From Bacteroidia bacterium (GTDB taxonomy: Bacteria > Bacteroidota > Bacteroidia > AKYH767-A > OLB10), in assembly GCA_037045145.1 (NCBI GenBank), contig JBAOIA010000011.1, positions 991,629 through 1,055,628 on the forward strand: a stretch of 64,000 bases of DNA, read 5' to 3'. The notes beneath the pieces are model-generated. The model saw only the letters and a program-made list of their open reading frames with translations, searched no databases and was not told the DNA's origin. Positions 1 through 9,224 of the stretch are shown here, piece after piece. The stretch's first letter is position 1; each line of letters starts with the position of its first letter. Both the position numbers and the translations under genes were made by a program.

Positions 1-20
1 AGCAAGTTAATTTAAATTTA

Positions 21-64
21 AAAAAGCGAGGTAGTCTTTATTCAAGACTACCTCGCTTTTTTTA
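21..64 (+). terminator. Rho-independent terminator of an upstream off-window gene; A-run/T-run flanks could allow bidirectional use
   Basis: Perfect 12-bp stem gcgaggtagtct (26-37) with loop ttattca and arm agactacctcgc (45-56), followed by TTTTTTT (57-63) and preceded by AAAAA. Confidence 0.7.
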
Positions 65-360
65 TTCGATTTTTTAAAAGCGTGTTTCGGGTTCTTAGAT
101 AATATTCTATAAGTATTTTATTATTTTTTAGATAATAATCTATTGATATTAAATATTCATTTAAAACACGAAAAAAACTGATTAAAAAACTTTTAAAATT
201 AAATTTCTACAATTAAATTTGAAGTCGAATTACCAAAACCGAACAGAAATAAATGCATTTTAACGACTATTTTTTGCAGCTTTTTAGTGCTTATCTGCAC
301 ACGGTTTTAGTATTTAATGTAGAGAATAAAAATCAATTAGTTTAACCAAAATCAAATATC

Positions 361-3300
361 ATGTTAAAAACAAATTACAAAAACAGAGTACATTCTTTCT
401 CTTGTTGGAGATGGATGATTTGTTTCATGTTCCTGGTGGGAATGTGGACAACGAGCGCACAGGCGCAAACAACTATTACTACTACGTTTGCTAACAACAA
501 CGGTTCATCAGTTGTGGTATTTAGTGTGCAGAACAACAATCCTTATGCTATCATAATGACTGATATCGGTAGTCATGCGGGAGTAACATCAACTTACACT
601 TGCTATTTGTATGCCAAGGCGGCCACCTATAATGTAGCTCCAGGTGCAGCCGGAGCAATCACTGCTGCAAATGGTTGGAGTGTAGTAGCTTCGAACAGCA
701 GTTTATCTCTTCCTGCAAATACTTCTGGAACCGGTAGTACGGCTTCGCCTTTTATAACAGGTATGAGTTATACGATTCCGGCAATGACACAAGTGCGACT
801 TGCTTTACAATTAGCAACAGGAGCAGGGCTACCTCCATTTACAACTACTGCAGGAAGTCTTAGATACTCAACAGTGAGTGGTACTTGTTCATTTACCGGA
901 GCAGGAGTTGATTTGAATTCTTGTGCAAGTTACGGTTATGGTGGAACATTATCTTCACCAACTAATACACCACGAGGCCTCGTAGGATATATTTCATTTA
1001 TTCCAGCAGTACCATGTACTGGCACACCAACACCTGGAAATACAACGGCAAATGTTAATCCTGTATGTCCAAGTTCTTCTTTCACATTAGGGTTACAAAA
1101 TCCATCAAATGGAAGTGGAGTAACCTATCAGTGGCAATCATCTCCTGATAATATTACTTATACAAATATTAGTGGTGCTACAAGCGCATCATATGCCTTA
1201 ACTCAATCAGTGGACACCTGGTATCAATGTATAGTTACCTGTACCAACAGTGGACAGACTACTACATCTAACCCTTTACAGGTAACAACCAATCCGTTTT
1301 ACAATTGCTATTGTACTTCCACTGCTACGAGTACAGCAGATGAAGATATATTAAACGTTACTTTCGGTTCGTTGAACAATACTTCTACCTGCTCTACTAC
1401 TGGTACGGGTCCTGGCTCTGTGCTCAATATGTACAGCAACTATAGGAGTGGTGTAGGCGCACCTGCAGCACCTAGCGTAATGCAAGGCGATGTAGTACCG
1501 CTTTCTTTAGGTTTGGGTACTTGCGGAGGCAGCTACCCAAATACCGCTAAAGTATTTATAGACTGGAATCAGAACGGTTTGTTTACCGATGCCGGTGAAG
1601 AGGTTTATGTATCTACTTCTGGCTCGGGTGCACGCACCGTTACCGGCTCTGTTACTGTACCTTTGAGTGCCGTACCCGGCAATACCGCTATGCGTGTGGT
1701 TTTTGTTGAAACCAGTACACCATCTGTTGTTGTTCCTTGTGGTACTTATACATGGGGCGAAACCGAAGATTATTTAATCAATGTAGTAGCCACTTCAGCT
1801 TGTAGCGGTGCTCCGGTTGCCGGCACGGCATCTGGCCCTGCAAGTATATGTCCGAGTATTGCCTTTACGGTAAGCACTTCGGGTGCTACTGTAGGTACAG
1901 GCATCAGTGGTCAGTGGTATTCCTCTACTGATGGAGGAAGCACTTGGTCGCCTATCAGCGGTGCTACCAGCACAAGCTATAATGTAGCAGCCGGCATTTC
2001 GGTGCCTACTATGTATCAGTATGTGATTACTTGTAGTAATAGTGGCTTGAGTGCTACCAGTAACAATATAAGCATAGCTGTAAATCCTGTTAATGCGTGC
2101 TACTGTACACCTACTTCTACCAGCGCTACTTATGGTATTACTAATTTAACTACCACAAGTGGTATAGCTAATATCAATAATACGAGCCCTGGTGGTCAGG
2201 GATATGTAGATAATACAGCTCAAGTGGTGTCGCAACTTCAAGGTAGTAGTGTGAACTTTAGCTATACAGTAGTACCTACAGAAGGTGTAGGAATCTGGAT
2301 AGACTGGAATCAAAATGGAAGCTTCTTAGATGCAGGTGAGCAAGTATATAGCTCAGGTGGATCTTATGTAAGTAGTGGTTCAGGAACTATCTCTGTGTCA
2401 TTAAGCCAGCCTGCGGGCAATTACAGAATGCGTATCGTGGGTAACTGGCTCTCAACTTCTCCTACACCATGTGGTGACTTAGGTTCTGCAGGTTATGGTG
2501 AAGCAGAAGATTATACGTTTACGGTTATTCCTCTTAGCAACTGCTCAGGCACACCTGCACCCGGCAATACCTTGTCCAATCCAGCTACGGCTTGTATCGG
2601 ACAAAATATTAATTTATCATTACAAAACAGTGTGGTAGGCGCAGGCATTACATTCGATTGGCAGTCATCACCGGATGGTGTAACTTGGACAAGTACCGGA
2701 GGTACATTACCTTCTTATACAACTACACAAAGTGCTGCTACATGGTATCAGTGCATTGTAACTTGTACCAACAGTGGACAAAGTGCTACCTCAACACCTG
2801 TTCAGGTTACTATGAGTCCATTCTACAATTGTTATTGTACAACAGGACTTGGTGGCAGTTGTGCAATCAACTCATTGAGTAGTGTTGCCATTGCAACTAC
2901 TACCTTAAACAATGTTACAGGTGGATGTACAGGAACATATAATTCATTCCCTGCATCAGGAAGCACTACTGCAAGTTTGGTTCCGGGTGTACCCTATACT
3001 ATGACTGCAGGATGTATTTCCGGCAGCAACACTCAGGTAGCTATTTGGATAGACTATAATCAAAACGGAATATTCGAAACAACAGAATATACCTTGATTA
3101 ATGGAAATATTCCAAGCGGTGGCACAGGCAGTGGAACATTTACAATACCTATAACAGCCTTAAGTGGAAACACCGGAATGCGAGTAAGAAGCGACTGGCA
3201 GGGAACAACAGCCTGGACATCTGCCGATGCATGTACTAACCGTACCTGGGGCGAAACAGAAGATTATACCATTACTATATTGATTCCAAACTCTTGCTCC

Positions 3301-3660
3301 GGCACTCCTTCCTCGTCAGTTACCACAGCTTCAGTGGCCAGCGTTTGCCCCGGTGGTAACGTAAGTTTAGGTACCAACCCTTTCTATACAGACGGTGGTT
3401 TAACTTTCGACTGGCAGAGTTCGCCTGATGGAATAACTTATACTTCAACAGGTATTACAAGTCAGACCTATAACGTTACAGGTTTTTCAGCTACTACATG
3501 GTATCAATGTGTGGTTACTTGTACTAATGGTGGATTATCAACCACTTCAACACCAGTGCAGGTATTGTTAAACCCATTTTATAATTGCTACTGTACAACA
3601 AGTTTACATTCATCTAGTACACCTTGTATTAATGAGATTGATTTAAATACGCTTAAGTAA
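361..3660 (+). CDS. N-terminal part of a giant T9SS-secreted surface protein (signal peptide, then alternating Ig-like and GEVED-type modules); truncated by a frameshift near 3655
   Basis: Signal peptide MLKTNYKNRVHSFSCWRWMICFMFLVGMWTTSAQA. Repeated motifs WQSSPDG...WYQC(I/V)VTCTNSG...NPFYNCYCT, then WIDWNQNG...MR...PCG...GE(A/T)EDY (GEVED-like) modules. The ORF stops with TAA at 3658-3660 in the middle of a module. Confidence 0.8.
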   Translation: MLKTNYKNRVHSFSCWRWMICFMFLVGMWTTSAQAQTTITTTFANNNGSSVVVFSVQNNNPYAIIMTDIGSHAGVTSTYTCYLYAKAATYNVAPGAAGAITAANGWSVVASNSSLSLPANTSGTGSTASPFITGMSYTIPAMTQVRLALQLATGAGLPPFTTTAGSLRYSTVSGTCSFTGAGVDLNSCASYGYGGTLSSPTNTPRGLVGYISFIPAVPCTGTPTPGNTTANVNPVCPSSSFTLGLQNPSNGSGVTYQWQSSPDNITYTNISGATSASYALTQSVDTWYQCIVTCTNSGQTTTSNPLQVTTNPFYNCYCTSTATSTADEDILNVTFGSLNNTSTCSTTGTGPGSVLNMYSNYRSGVGAPAAPSVMQGDVVPLSLGLGTCGGSYPNTAKVFIDWNQNGLFTDAGEEVYVSTSGSGARTVTGSVTVPLSAVPGNTAMRVVFVETSTPSVVVPCGTYTWGETEDYLINVVATSACSGAPVAGTASGPASICPSIAFTVSTSGATVGTGISGQWYSSTDGGSTWSPISGATSTSYNVAAGISVPTMYQYVITCSNSGLSATSNNISIAVNPVNACYCTPTSTSATYGITNLTTTSGIANINNTSPGGQGYVDNTAQVVSQLQGSSVNFSYTVVPTEGVGIWIDWNQNGSFLDAGEQVYSSGGSYVSSGSGTISVSLSQPAGNYRMRIVGNWLSTSPTPCGDLGSAGYGEAEDYTFTVIPLSNCSGTPAPGNTLSNPATACIGQNINLSLQNSVVGAGITFDWQSSPDGVTWTSTGGTLPSYTTTQSAATWYQCIVTCTNSGQSATSTPVQVTMSPFYNCYCTTGLGGSCAINSLSSVAIATTTLNNVTGGCTGTYNSFPASGSTTASLVPGVPYTMTAGCISGSNTQVAIWIDYNQNGIFETTEYTLINGNIPSGGTGSGTFTIPITALSGNTGMRVRSDWQGTTAWTSADACTNRTWGETEDYTITILIPNSCSGTPSSSVTTASVASVCPGGNVSLGTNPFYTDGGLTFDWQSSPDGITYTSTGITSQTYNVTGFSATTWYQCVVTCTNGGLSTTSTPVQVLLNPFYNCYCTTSLHSSSTPCINEIDLNTLK
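2098..2819 (+). repeat. Intragenic repeat copy A (GEVED-type plus Ig-like module); near-identical to 4318..5037
   Basis: By eye, more than 90% nucleotide identity over about 720 bp with the block 2,220 bp downstream. Example: tgctactgtacacctacttctaccagcgctacttatggtatt versus tgctattgtacacctacttctacaagcgcgacttatggtatt, with long identical runs through gaaggtgtaggaatctggatagactggaatcaaaatggaagcttcttagatgcaggtgagcaagtatat. Confidence 0.85.
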
Positions 3661-3784
3661 CAATACAGCTGCTGCAGGTTGTGCATTACCCGCATATTCT
3701 TTCCAATCAGCAACAACAAATGTTCTTAAAGGAAGTACCTATACGTTTACAAGAGTAGCATCCGGTACCGGTGCATGGACAGGC

Positions 3785-6700
3785 TTGTGGATAGACTATG
3801 ACCATAGCGGCACCTTTGATGTCAGTGAATATACTCAGATATCATCTACCACTACAGGAGTATTGACCAATAGCATATCATTACTTATTCCCGTTACTGC
3901 TTTAGATGGTAATACGGGAATGCGTATCCGCCAACGTACTGTTAATATGACAGCTGCTGATGCATGTACACAAAACTTTGGTTCGGGCGAAACAGAAGAT
4001 TATACCATTAACATTCAATCACCGGCACCATGTAGCGGTACACCGGCAGCAGGTAATACAATATCTTCTGCACCATCAGCTTGTGTAGGTGTTCCGATTA
4101 ACTTAACTATATCAACAACGTACGCTCTGTCAGGCATCACTTATCAGTGGCAGTCTTCTACAGATGGTGTTACTTATACCAACACCTCCGGAACCTTACC
4201 TACATACTCTGCAACACAGTCAGTCACTACCTGGTATCAATGTGTTGTAACATGTACCAATAGTGGGTTATCAATTACTACTACTCCAGTGCAGGTATTG
4301 CAAAATCTACCCAATAATTGCTATTGTACACCTACTTCTACAAGCGCGACTTATGGTATTACCAATTTTACTACCACAGGTGGTGTAACTAATATTAATA
4401 ATACGAGTACAGGTGGCCAAGGATATGTAAATAATACAGCTCAAGTGGTGTCGCAACTTCAAGGTAGTAGTGTGAATTTTAGTTATACAGTAGTACCTAC
4501 AGAAGGTGTAGGAATCTGGATAGACTGGAATCAAAATGGAAGCTTCTTAGATGCAGGTGAGCAAGTATATAATGCTGGAAGCTATGTAAGTAGTGGTTCA
4601 GGAACTATCTCTGTGCTATTAAGCCAACCTGCGGGCAATTACAGAATGCGTATCGTGGGTAACTGGCTCTCAACTTCTCCTACGCCATGTGGTGACTTAG
4701 GTTCTGCAGGTTATGGTGAAGCAGAGGATTATACAATAAACGTTATTCCTCTTACCAACTGTACAGGCACACCTTCCCCCGGAAATACCTTGTCCGATCA
4801 AGCTTCTGTTTGTTCAGGACAAAATTTTACACTTTCTCTACAAAACAATGTTGTAGCCACAGGCATTACATTCGATTGGCAATCATCACCCGATGGTGTA
4901 ACCTGGACAAGTACCGGAGGAACATTACCTTCTTATACAACTACACAAAGTGCTACTACATGGTATCAGTGTATAGTAACCTGTACCCTTAGCGGACAAA
5001 GTGCTACCTCAACACCTGTACAGGTAACCATGAATCCAATAGCCAGTTGCTATTGTGTTGCAGGTGCAACTACTGCGGGTTGTTCAAGTGGCGATGAGTA
5101 TATCGGTAATGTTACTCTCAACACTATCAATAATACAAGCACTTGCCAGCCTTCTGGAACGCAATACACTGACTTTACAGCGATTTCTACCAATTTGATT
5201 ATAGGTGATACGTATGTGGCATCAGTATTAACTCCAAATTATTTTGGTGGTGATCAGGCTGCAATATGGATTGACTTTAATCAGAATGGCACATTTGAGG
5301 TTCCTGCTGAGCAGTTTATCTTATCAGGTGGTGCCAGTGGTGTACCTTTCACAGGTAATATCACAATCCCCGGTAGTGCTTTAACAGGCAATACCCGCAT
5401 GCGCGTGAGAATGGCGTATACCGGAACTTTAGCACCATGCGGTATTGTTACTTATGGTGAAGTAGAAGATTATACAGTAAATATTTCTCCTTCTACATGT
5501 GTAATGGCACCTACCTATCCTGCCGATGCAGGCAGTGGTTGTGCCGATGCAGTTACAGGCAACATTACCCTTAGCTGGCCTGCATTATCCGGTGCAACAG
5601 GATATAATGTATTTTTTGGAACAACCAATCCTCCAACAACAATGGTTTCAACCAACCAGGTTGGATTAACATATAATGCAGACGTATCCGGTGGAGCACC
5701 TATTTATTATTGGATGGTAGTACCACAAATTTCAGGTGGCGGAAGCTCTTGTAATGTATGGTCATTTAGCGTATCACCATCACCAGTTCCTGTAGCAGGC
5801 TCTGGAGGCGATATTTGTTTGGGTAATGACATCTTCCTGTCAGCAGACAACGTAGATCCGGGTCAGTTAACTGGCAACACCTATTCCTGGACAGGACCAA
5901 ATTCATTTACAAGTCCTCTTCAGTATCCATCAATCAGCAGTCCAAATGCTACATACAGCGGAACATATAATGTAATTGTCACCAATCAGTATGGTTGTAC
6001 AGCAAGCGCAAGCACGAGCTTAAATGTAAATGACAATCCAACATTAACAATAGATTCTCTGGTGAATGTAAGTTGTGCAGGCGGTAGTGATGGAATATTA
6101 TACACATCTGCTGCAGGAGGCTTGGCCCCCTATGGCTATACCTCAGACTTTATAAACTTCAATTCAACAGGAGTGATGGGTAACCTGGCAACAGGAGCAA
6201 CCACGGTTTATGTAAGTGACGGCAATGGCTGCCAGGCTCAAATAGTAGGCAACCTGACAGCAATAAGCACAGCACCTCCATCACAGTCGGTGGTAGTAAC
6301 GCCAACGATAATAGGAATGCCAGCTTATGCATGTCCCGGAACAACAGCGAATCTGAGCATACCTGCAGTAGCAGGCGCAACGAAGTATATCTGGGATGGT
6401 CCATTCGGCACCTTCTTTAATGGTAATCCAATGAACCAGTCGCCCTATACAACGACCACACCAAGTGTACAGATAACGTTCAGTTCATCAACCTCATCGT
6501 TTGTGAGTATAGGCGTTCAGGCAGCCAATGGTTGCGGAGCCTCACTTCGTAAAATCCAGAAGGTGAGATATCAGATAAGCACACCTAAGGAGATTACAGG
6601 AGCAACGACAATGTGTGCAAATACCAACGGCACCTATACGATAGCCCCGGTGACAGATGCCACAGGTTATCAGTGGATGATAACAGGCAATGCTACAGTA

Positions 6701-7861
6701 GTACCCAGTGGCACCTCAGTAGTAGTGTTCTTTGGACCGGGCTGGAATGGCGGTAACTTATGCGTAGCAGCAAAGACACCATGTTATACCACAGCGTATA
6801 AGTGTATGTACATAAGCAAGTCAGCATCAGCGTTGAATGCCATTACCGGGCCATTATCATCATGTCCAAACGAAGTACAGACCTTTAGTATAACACCATG
6901 TACAGGAGCAGCAAGCTACAACTGGACATTACCGGCAGGCGTTACCGGCAGCTCAACAACGAACAGCATCACAGCCACTTTTGGTCCAACGTTTACGCAT
7001 GGAGGCAACATCTGTGTAAGTGTGACAAGTATCTGCGGAGTAACCTCAGCGCCTAAGTGCAGAACGGTAGCTCAGGGTCTTCCTTCAGTACCGACAAGCA
7101 TCAGTGGTATCACCAATGGATTGTGTAATCAGAGTGTTAACTACACGGTTCCATCAAGTCCGGGCGTTACCTATAACTGGACAGCGCCAGGCAGTATCAG
7201 TGGCAATGGCAACAGTTCGGTGAATGTTACCTATGGCGCATTGACCACAGGTCAGTTATGTGTAACAGCGAGCAACAGTTGTGGAACAAGTGCAGCACGT
7301 TGTATTCCATTGAAGGGCTCACCAAACTCACCAATAGGCTTGACGGCCATACCAGCGAGCTGGTGTGCCAATACGCAGGGTATAGAGTTTACAGCAGACA
7401 TCGGTAACACCACAGGCTCTTATACATTGTCATGGGGCTATCCATCGTCACCAACAGCAACGTATGTAGCAGGTGGAGGAAATTCAAATGCACTGACCTT
7501 AGATTGGGGCACAGGCAATGGCTCAGTGGTAGTGAATGCAAGCAATGGCTGCGGAACAGGATCAAAAGCATTTGCGGTGACCATAGGATGTAAGGAAGGC
7601 GAGTTGGCATCAGCCAATAGGCTTAATGTATATCCAAACCCAACGGCAGGCGTGTTGAATGTAGAATACACAGCAGAGAAAGGCAATGCACAGGTAACAG
7701 TGCTTGACCTGAGTGGTCGCGTAGTAATGACACAGACACATGCCAATGTAGCAGGACAGAATACACTACAATTAGACCTGAGTAAGGTAGCTAAAGGCGC
7801 GTACATGTTGAATGTACAAACCAATGGCAGCAACAATCAGGTGAGAGTGGTAGTGGAGTAA
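3785..7861 (+). CDS. C-terminal part of the same giant surface protein (frame open from 3647): GEVED-type and Ig-like modules, FN3-like domain, SprB-type repeats, more Ig-like domains, and a T9SS type-A C-terminal sorting domain
   Basis: The first Met lies inside a conserved module (MWIDYDHSG matches the WID[WY]NQNG motif), so it is unlikely to be a true start. Three GE(T/A/V)EDY modules. A SprB-like repeat (VSCAGGSDGILYTSAAGGLAPYGYTS). The C-terminus (LNVYPNPTAGVLNVEYTAE...GAYMLNVQTNGSNNQVRVVVE) is a typical Por-secretion CTD. Confidence 0.8.
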   Translation: MWIDYDHSGTFDVSEYTQISSTTTGVLTNSISLLIPVTALDGNTGMRIRQRTVNMTAADACTQNFGSGETEDYTINIQSPAPCSGTPAAGNTISSAPSACVGVPINLTISTTYALSGITYQWQSSTDGVTYTNTSGTLPTYSATQSVTTWYQCVVTCTNSGLSITTTPVQVLQNLPNNCYCTPTSTSATYGITNFTTTGGVTNINNTSTGGQGYVNNTAQVVSQLQGSSVNFSYTVVPTEGVGIWIDWNQNGSFLDAGEQVYNAGSYVSSGSGTISVLLSQPAGNYRMRIVGNWLSTSPTPCGDLGSAGYGEAEDYTINVIPLTNCTGTPSPGNTLSDQASVCSGQNFTLSLQNNVVATGITFDWQSSPDGVTWTSTGGTLPSYTTTQSATTWYQCIVTCTLSGQSATSTPVQVTMNPIASCYCVAGATTAGCSSGDEYIGNVTLNTINNTSTCQPSGTQYTDFTAISTNLIIGDTYVASVLTPNYFGGDQAAIWIDFNQNGTFEVPAEQFILSGGASGVPFTGNITIPGSALTGNTRMRVRMAYTGTLAPCGIVTYGEVEDYTVNISPSTCVMAPTYPADAGSGCADAVTGNITLSWPALSGATGYNVFFGTTNPPTTMVSTNQVGLTYNADVSGGAPIYYWMVVPQISGGGSSCNVWSFSVSPSPVPVAGSGGDICLGNDIFLSADNVDPGQLTGNTYSWTGPNSFTSPLQYPSISSPNATYSGTYNVIVTNQYGCTASASTSLNVNDNPTLTIDSLVNVSCAGGSDGILYTSAAGGLAPYGYTSDFINFNSTGVMGNLATGATTVYVSDGNGCQAQIVGNLTAISTAPPSQSVVVTPTIIGMPAYACPGTTANLSIPAVAGATKYIWDGPFGTFFNGNPMNQSPYTTTTPSVQITFSSSTSSFVSIGVQAANGCGASLRKIQKVRYQISTPKEITGATTMCANTNGTYTIAPVTDATGYQWMITGNATVVPSGTSVVVFFGPGWNGGNLCVAAKTPCYTTAYKCMYISKSASALNAITGPLSSCPNEVQTFSITPCTGAASYNWTLPAGVTGSSTTNSITATFGPTFTHGGNICVSVTSICGVTSAPKCRTVAQGLPSVPTSISGITNGLCNQSVNYTVPSSPGVTYNWTAPGSISGNGNSSVNVTYGALTTGQLCVTASNSCGTSAARCIPLKGSPNSPIGLTAIPASWCANTQGIEFTADIGNTTGSYTLSWGYPSSPTATYVAGGGNSNALTLDWGTGNGSVVVNASNGCGTGSKAFAVTIGCKEGELASANRLNVYPNPTAGVLNVEYTAEKGNAQVTVLDLSGRVVMTQTHANVAGQNTLQLDLSKVAKGAYMLNVQTNGSNNQVRVVVE
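4318..5037 (+). repeat. Intragenic repeat copy B; near-identical to 2098..2819
   Basis: Same alignment as copy A. The flanking modules are much more divergent, which suggests recent gene conversion or duplication confined to this block. Confidence 0.85.
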
Positions 7862-7880
7862 ATTTTGGTTAAATAAATTA

Positions 7881-7917
7881 ATAAGGGGCAGTGCGAAAGC
7901 ACTGCCCCTTATTTTTG
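7881..7917 (+). terminator. Rho-independent terminator between the convergent genes 3785..7861(+) and 8186..9076(-)
   Basis: Stem aaggggcagtgc (7883-7894), loop gaaa, arm gcactgcccctt (7899-7910), followed by ATTTTT. Confidence 0.75.
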
Positions 7918-8185
7918 CCCTATAATTAAATGATGAATGATAGAATAAAAATAGTAGGGGCAACTATAGATGATTCAGCTGTACTGACTTTTATAGCTGC
8001 TACGACTTTTTATGATATTTATGGGATTTTTAATAAGCCGGAAACAATACAGCGAATATGGCTCAGTGATTCAGCACTTCGCAAATGCGCAAGGAGTTAT
8101 TGAAAAAAATATGTTGTAATTGAATTGGTGTAATGTAAACATGGTTTATTTAAATAGACTGCTCCCATCAGACAGGAAGTGGTTT

Positions 8186-9076
8186 TTATATTTCCAACAA
8201 TGCAAGTAAAATTTCTATTTCATCGGATTTCTCAGTCAGACCCGATTTGTTAAATGAGAAATTTAAGTTGTGTAAAATACGCCTTATGATATCTGTATTA
8301 CTGCAGGGTGTTATAAACTTTTTATCAGGCTGAAGTTTCAGTTTTCGCAGATAAAGTTCAATTTCGTCCTTACCGAATACAGAACCTCTGCTGAAAGCAT
8401 TGATAAAAAATAAAATATTTTCTTCCGGAAAAGCATATTCGGCAAATTTATCTTTATATAATGTTTGATAACATAATACAAAATGTTCAGGTAGATTTAC
8501 ACCATAAACAGGAACATCGAGATCCTGTGCAACGATTGAATAAATAGCACATAATAAAATTGGATTGCCTCTTTTGCTTTCAATAACTGTATTGATAAAA
8601 GAGTTTTGAGGTGAATGGAAATTGGCTGTATTGCCATTGAAACCAAATTCAACAAAAAGAACCTGATTCAGAATTCTGACTTGTTCTAAAGGGGTATCGG
8701 TAGGTTGAAGATTGTCCCAAACGCGTCTTCTTGCATCACTAAAAAATGTTCTGATAGAATCTTCGTCTAAGTCGGGATATTGATAACGCGCAACAGCTAT
8801 TAAACCATCAAGTAAATTATTTTTATTGTGTGCTTTCCAGTTTGCTAGTTCTGATTTTACAGATTCAAACTGTATTTTATGTACAATGTTTTCAATTCGA
8901 GATTGTAACAAGGCATCGAGTGATTGACTCCACTTTTCTTCTAATAATGGAATGACAGGTTTGCCTATTTCCAAAAAATGACTCAGAAGTGATTCATAGA
9001 TCGTTTCATCTTCATCATCAAGAAGACTAATCATGGCAAGCAACTCTTGATCGTTTGGTTTTTGATTTTCTGTCAT
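8186..9076 (-). CDS. Transglutaminase-like (SirB1/YchA-type) family protein
   Basis: 296 aa. An acidic N-terminal region and a core (ILLCAIYSIVAQDLDVPVYGVNLPEHFVLCY) that resembles the transglutaminase-like superfamily fold seen in SirB1-type proteins. The family assignment is from memory of that motif. Confidence 0.45.
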   Translation of the reverse strand: MTENQKPNDQELLAMISLLDDEDETIYESLLSHFLEIGKPVIPLLEEKWSQSLDALLQSRIENIVHKIQFESVKSELANWKAHNKNNLLDGLIAVARYQYPDLDEDSIRTFFSDARRRVWDNLQPTDTPLEQVRILNQVLFVEFGFNGNTANFHSPQNSFINTVIESKRGNPILLCAIYSIVAQDLDVPVYGVNLPEHFVLCYQTLYKDKFAEYAFPEENILFFINAFSRGSVFGKDEIELYLRKLKLQPDKKFITPCSNTDIIRRILHNLNFSFNKSGLTEKSDEIEILLALLEI

Positions 9077-9224
9077 CAGTGCAAAGTTAAGTCAGATCGA
9101 AGATAATATTACAACGCTGGAATGAAAATTTTAATATTGTAAACAGCATATTTTAGTATCATTTGTTAAACTTTTTCAATGATGATTATACTAAAACATA
9201 CCTTTGTGGCAAATTAATTTTTCG

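Noticed and set aside
3785-3787. The ATG at 3785 as the genuine start of an independent second gene
   Set aside because: The Met falls inside a conserved module motif (WIDYDHSG) and the frame is open and homologous to module sequence for 138 nt upstream. The product would lack a signal peptide yet carries a T9SS CTD that requires Sec export.
2658-7963. Short ORFs inside or antisense to the giant gene (2658..2882, 4307..4534, 4810..4992, 6159..6404, 7389..7610, 7438..7836, 7772..7963)
   Set aside because: They overlap the long, domain-rich reading frame completely. They are low-complexity (Cys/Tyr/Leu-rich) translations of repeat DNA in wrong frames, with no start context.
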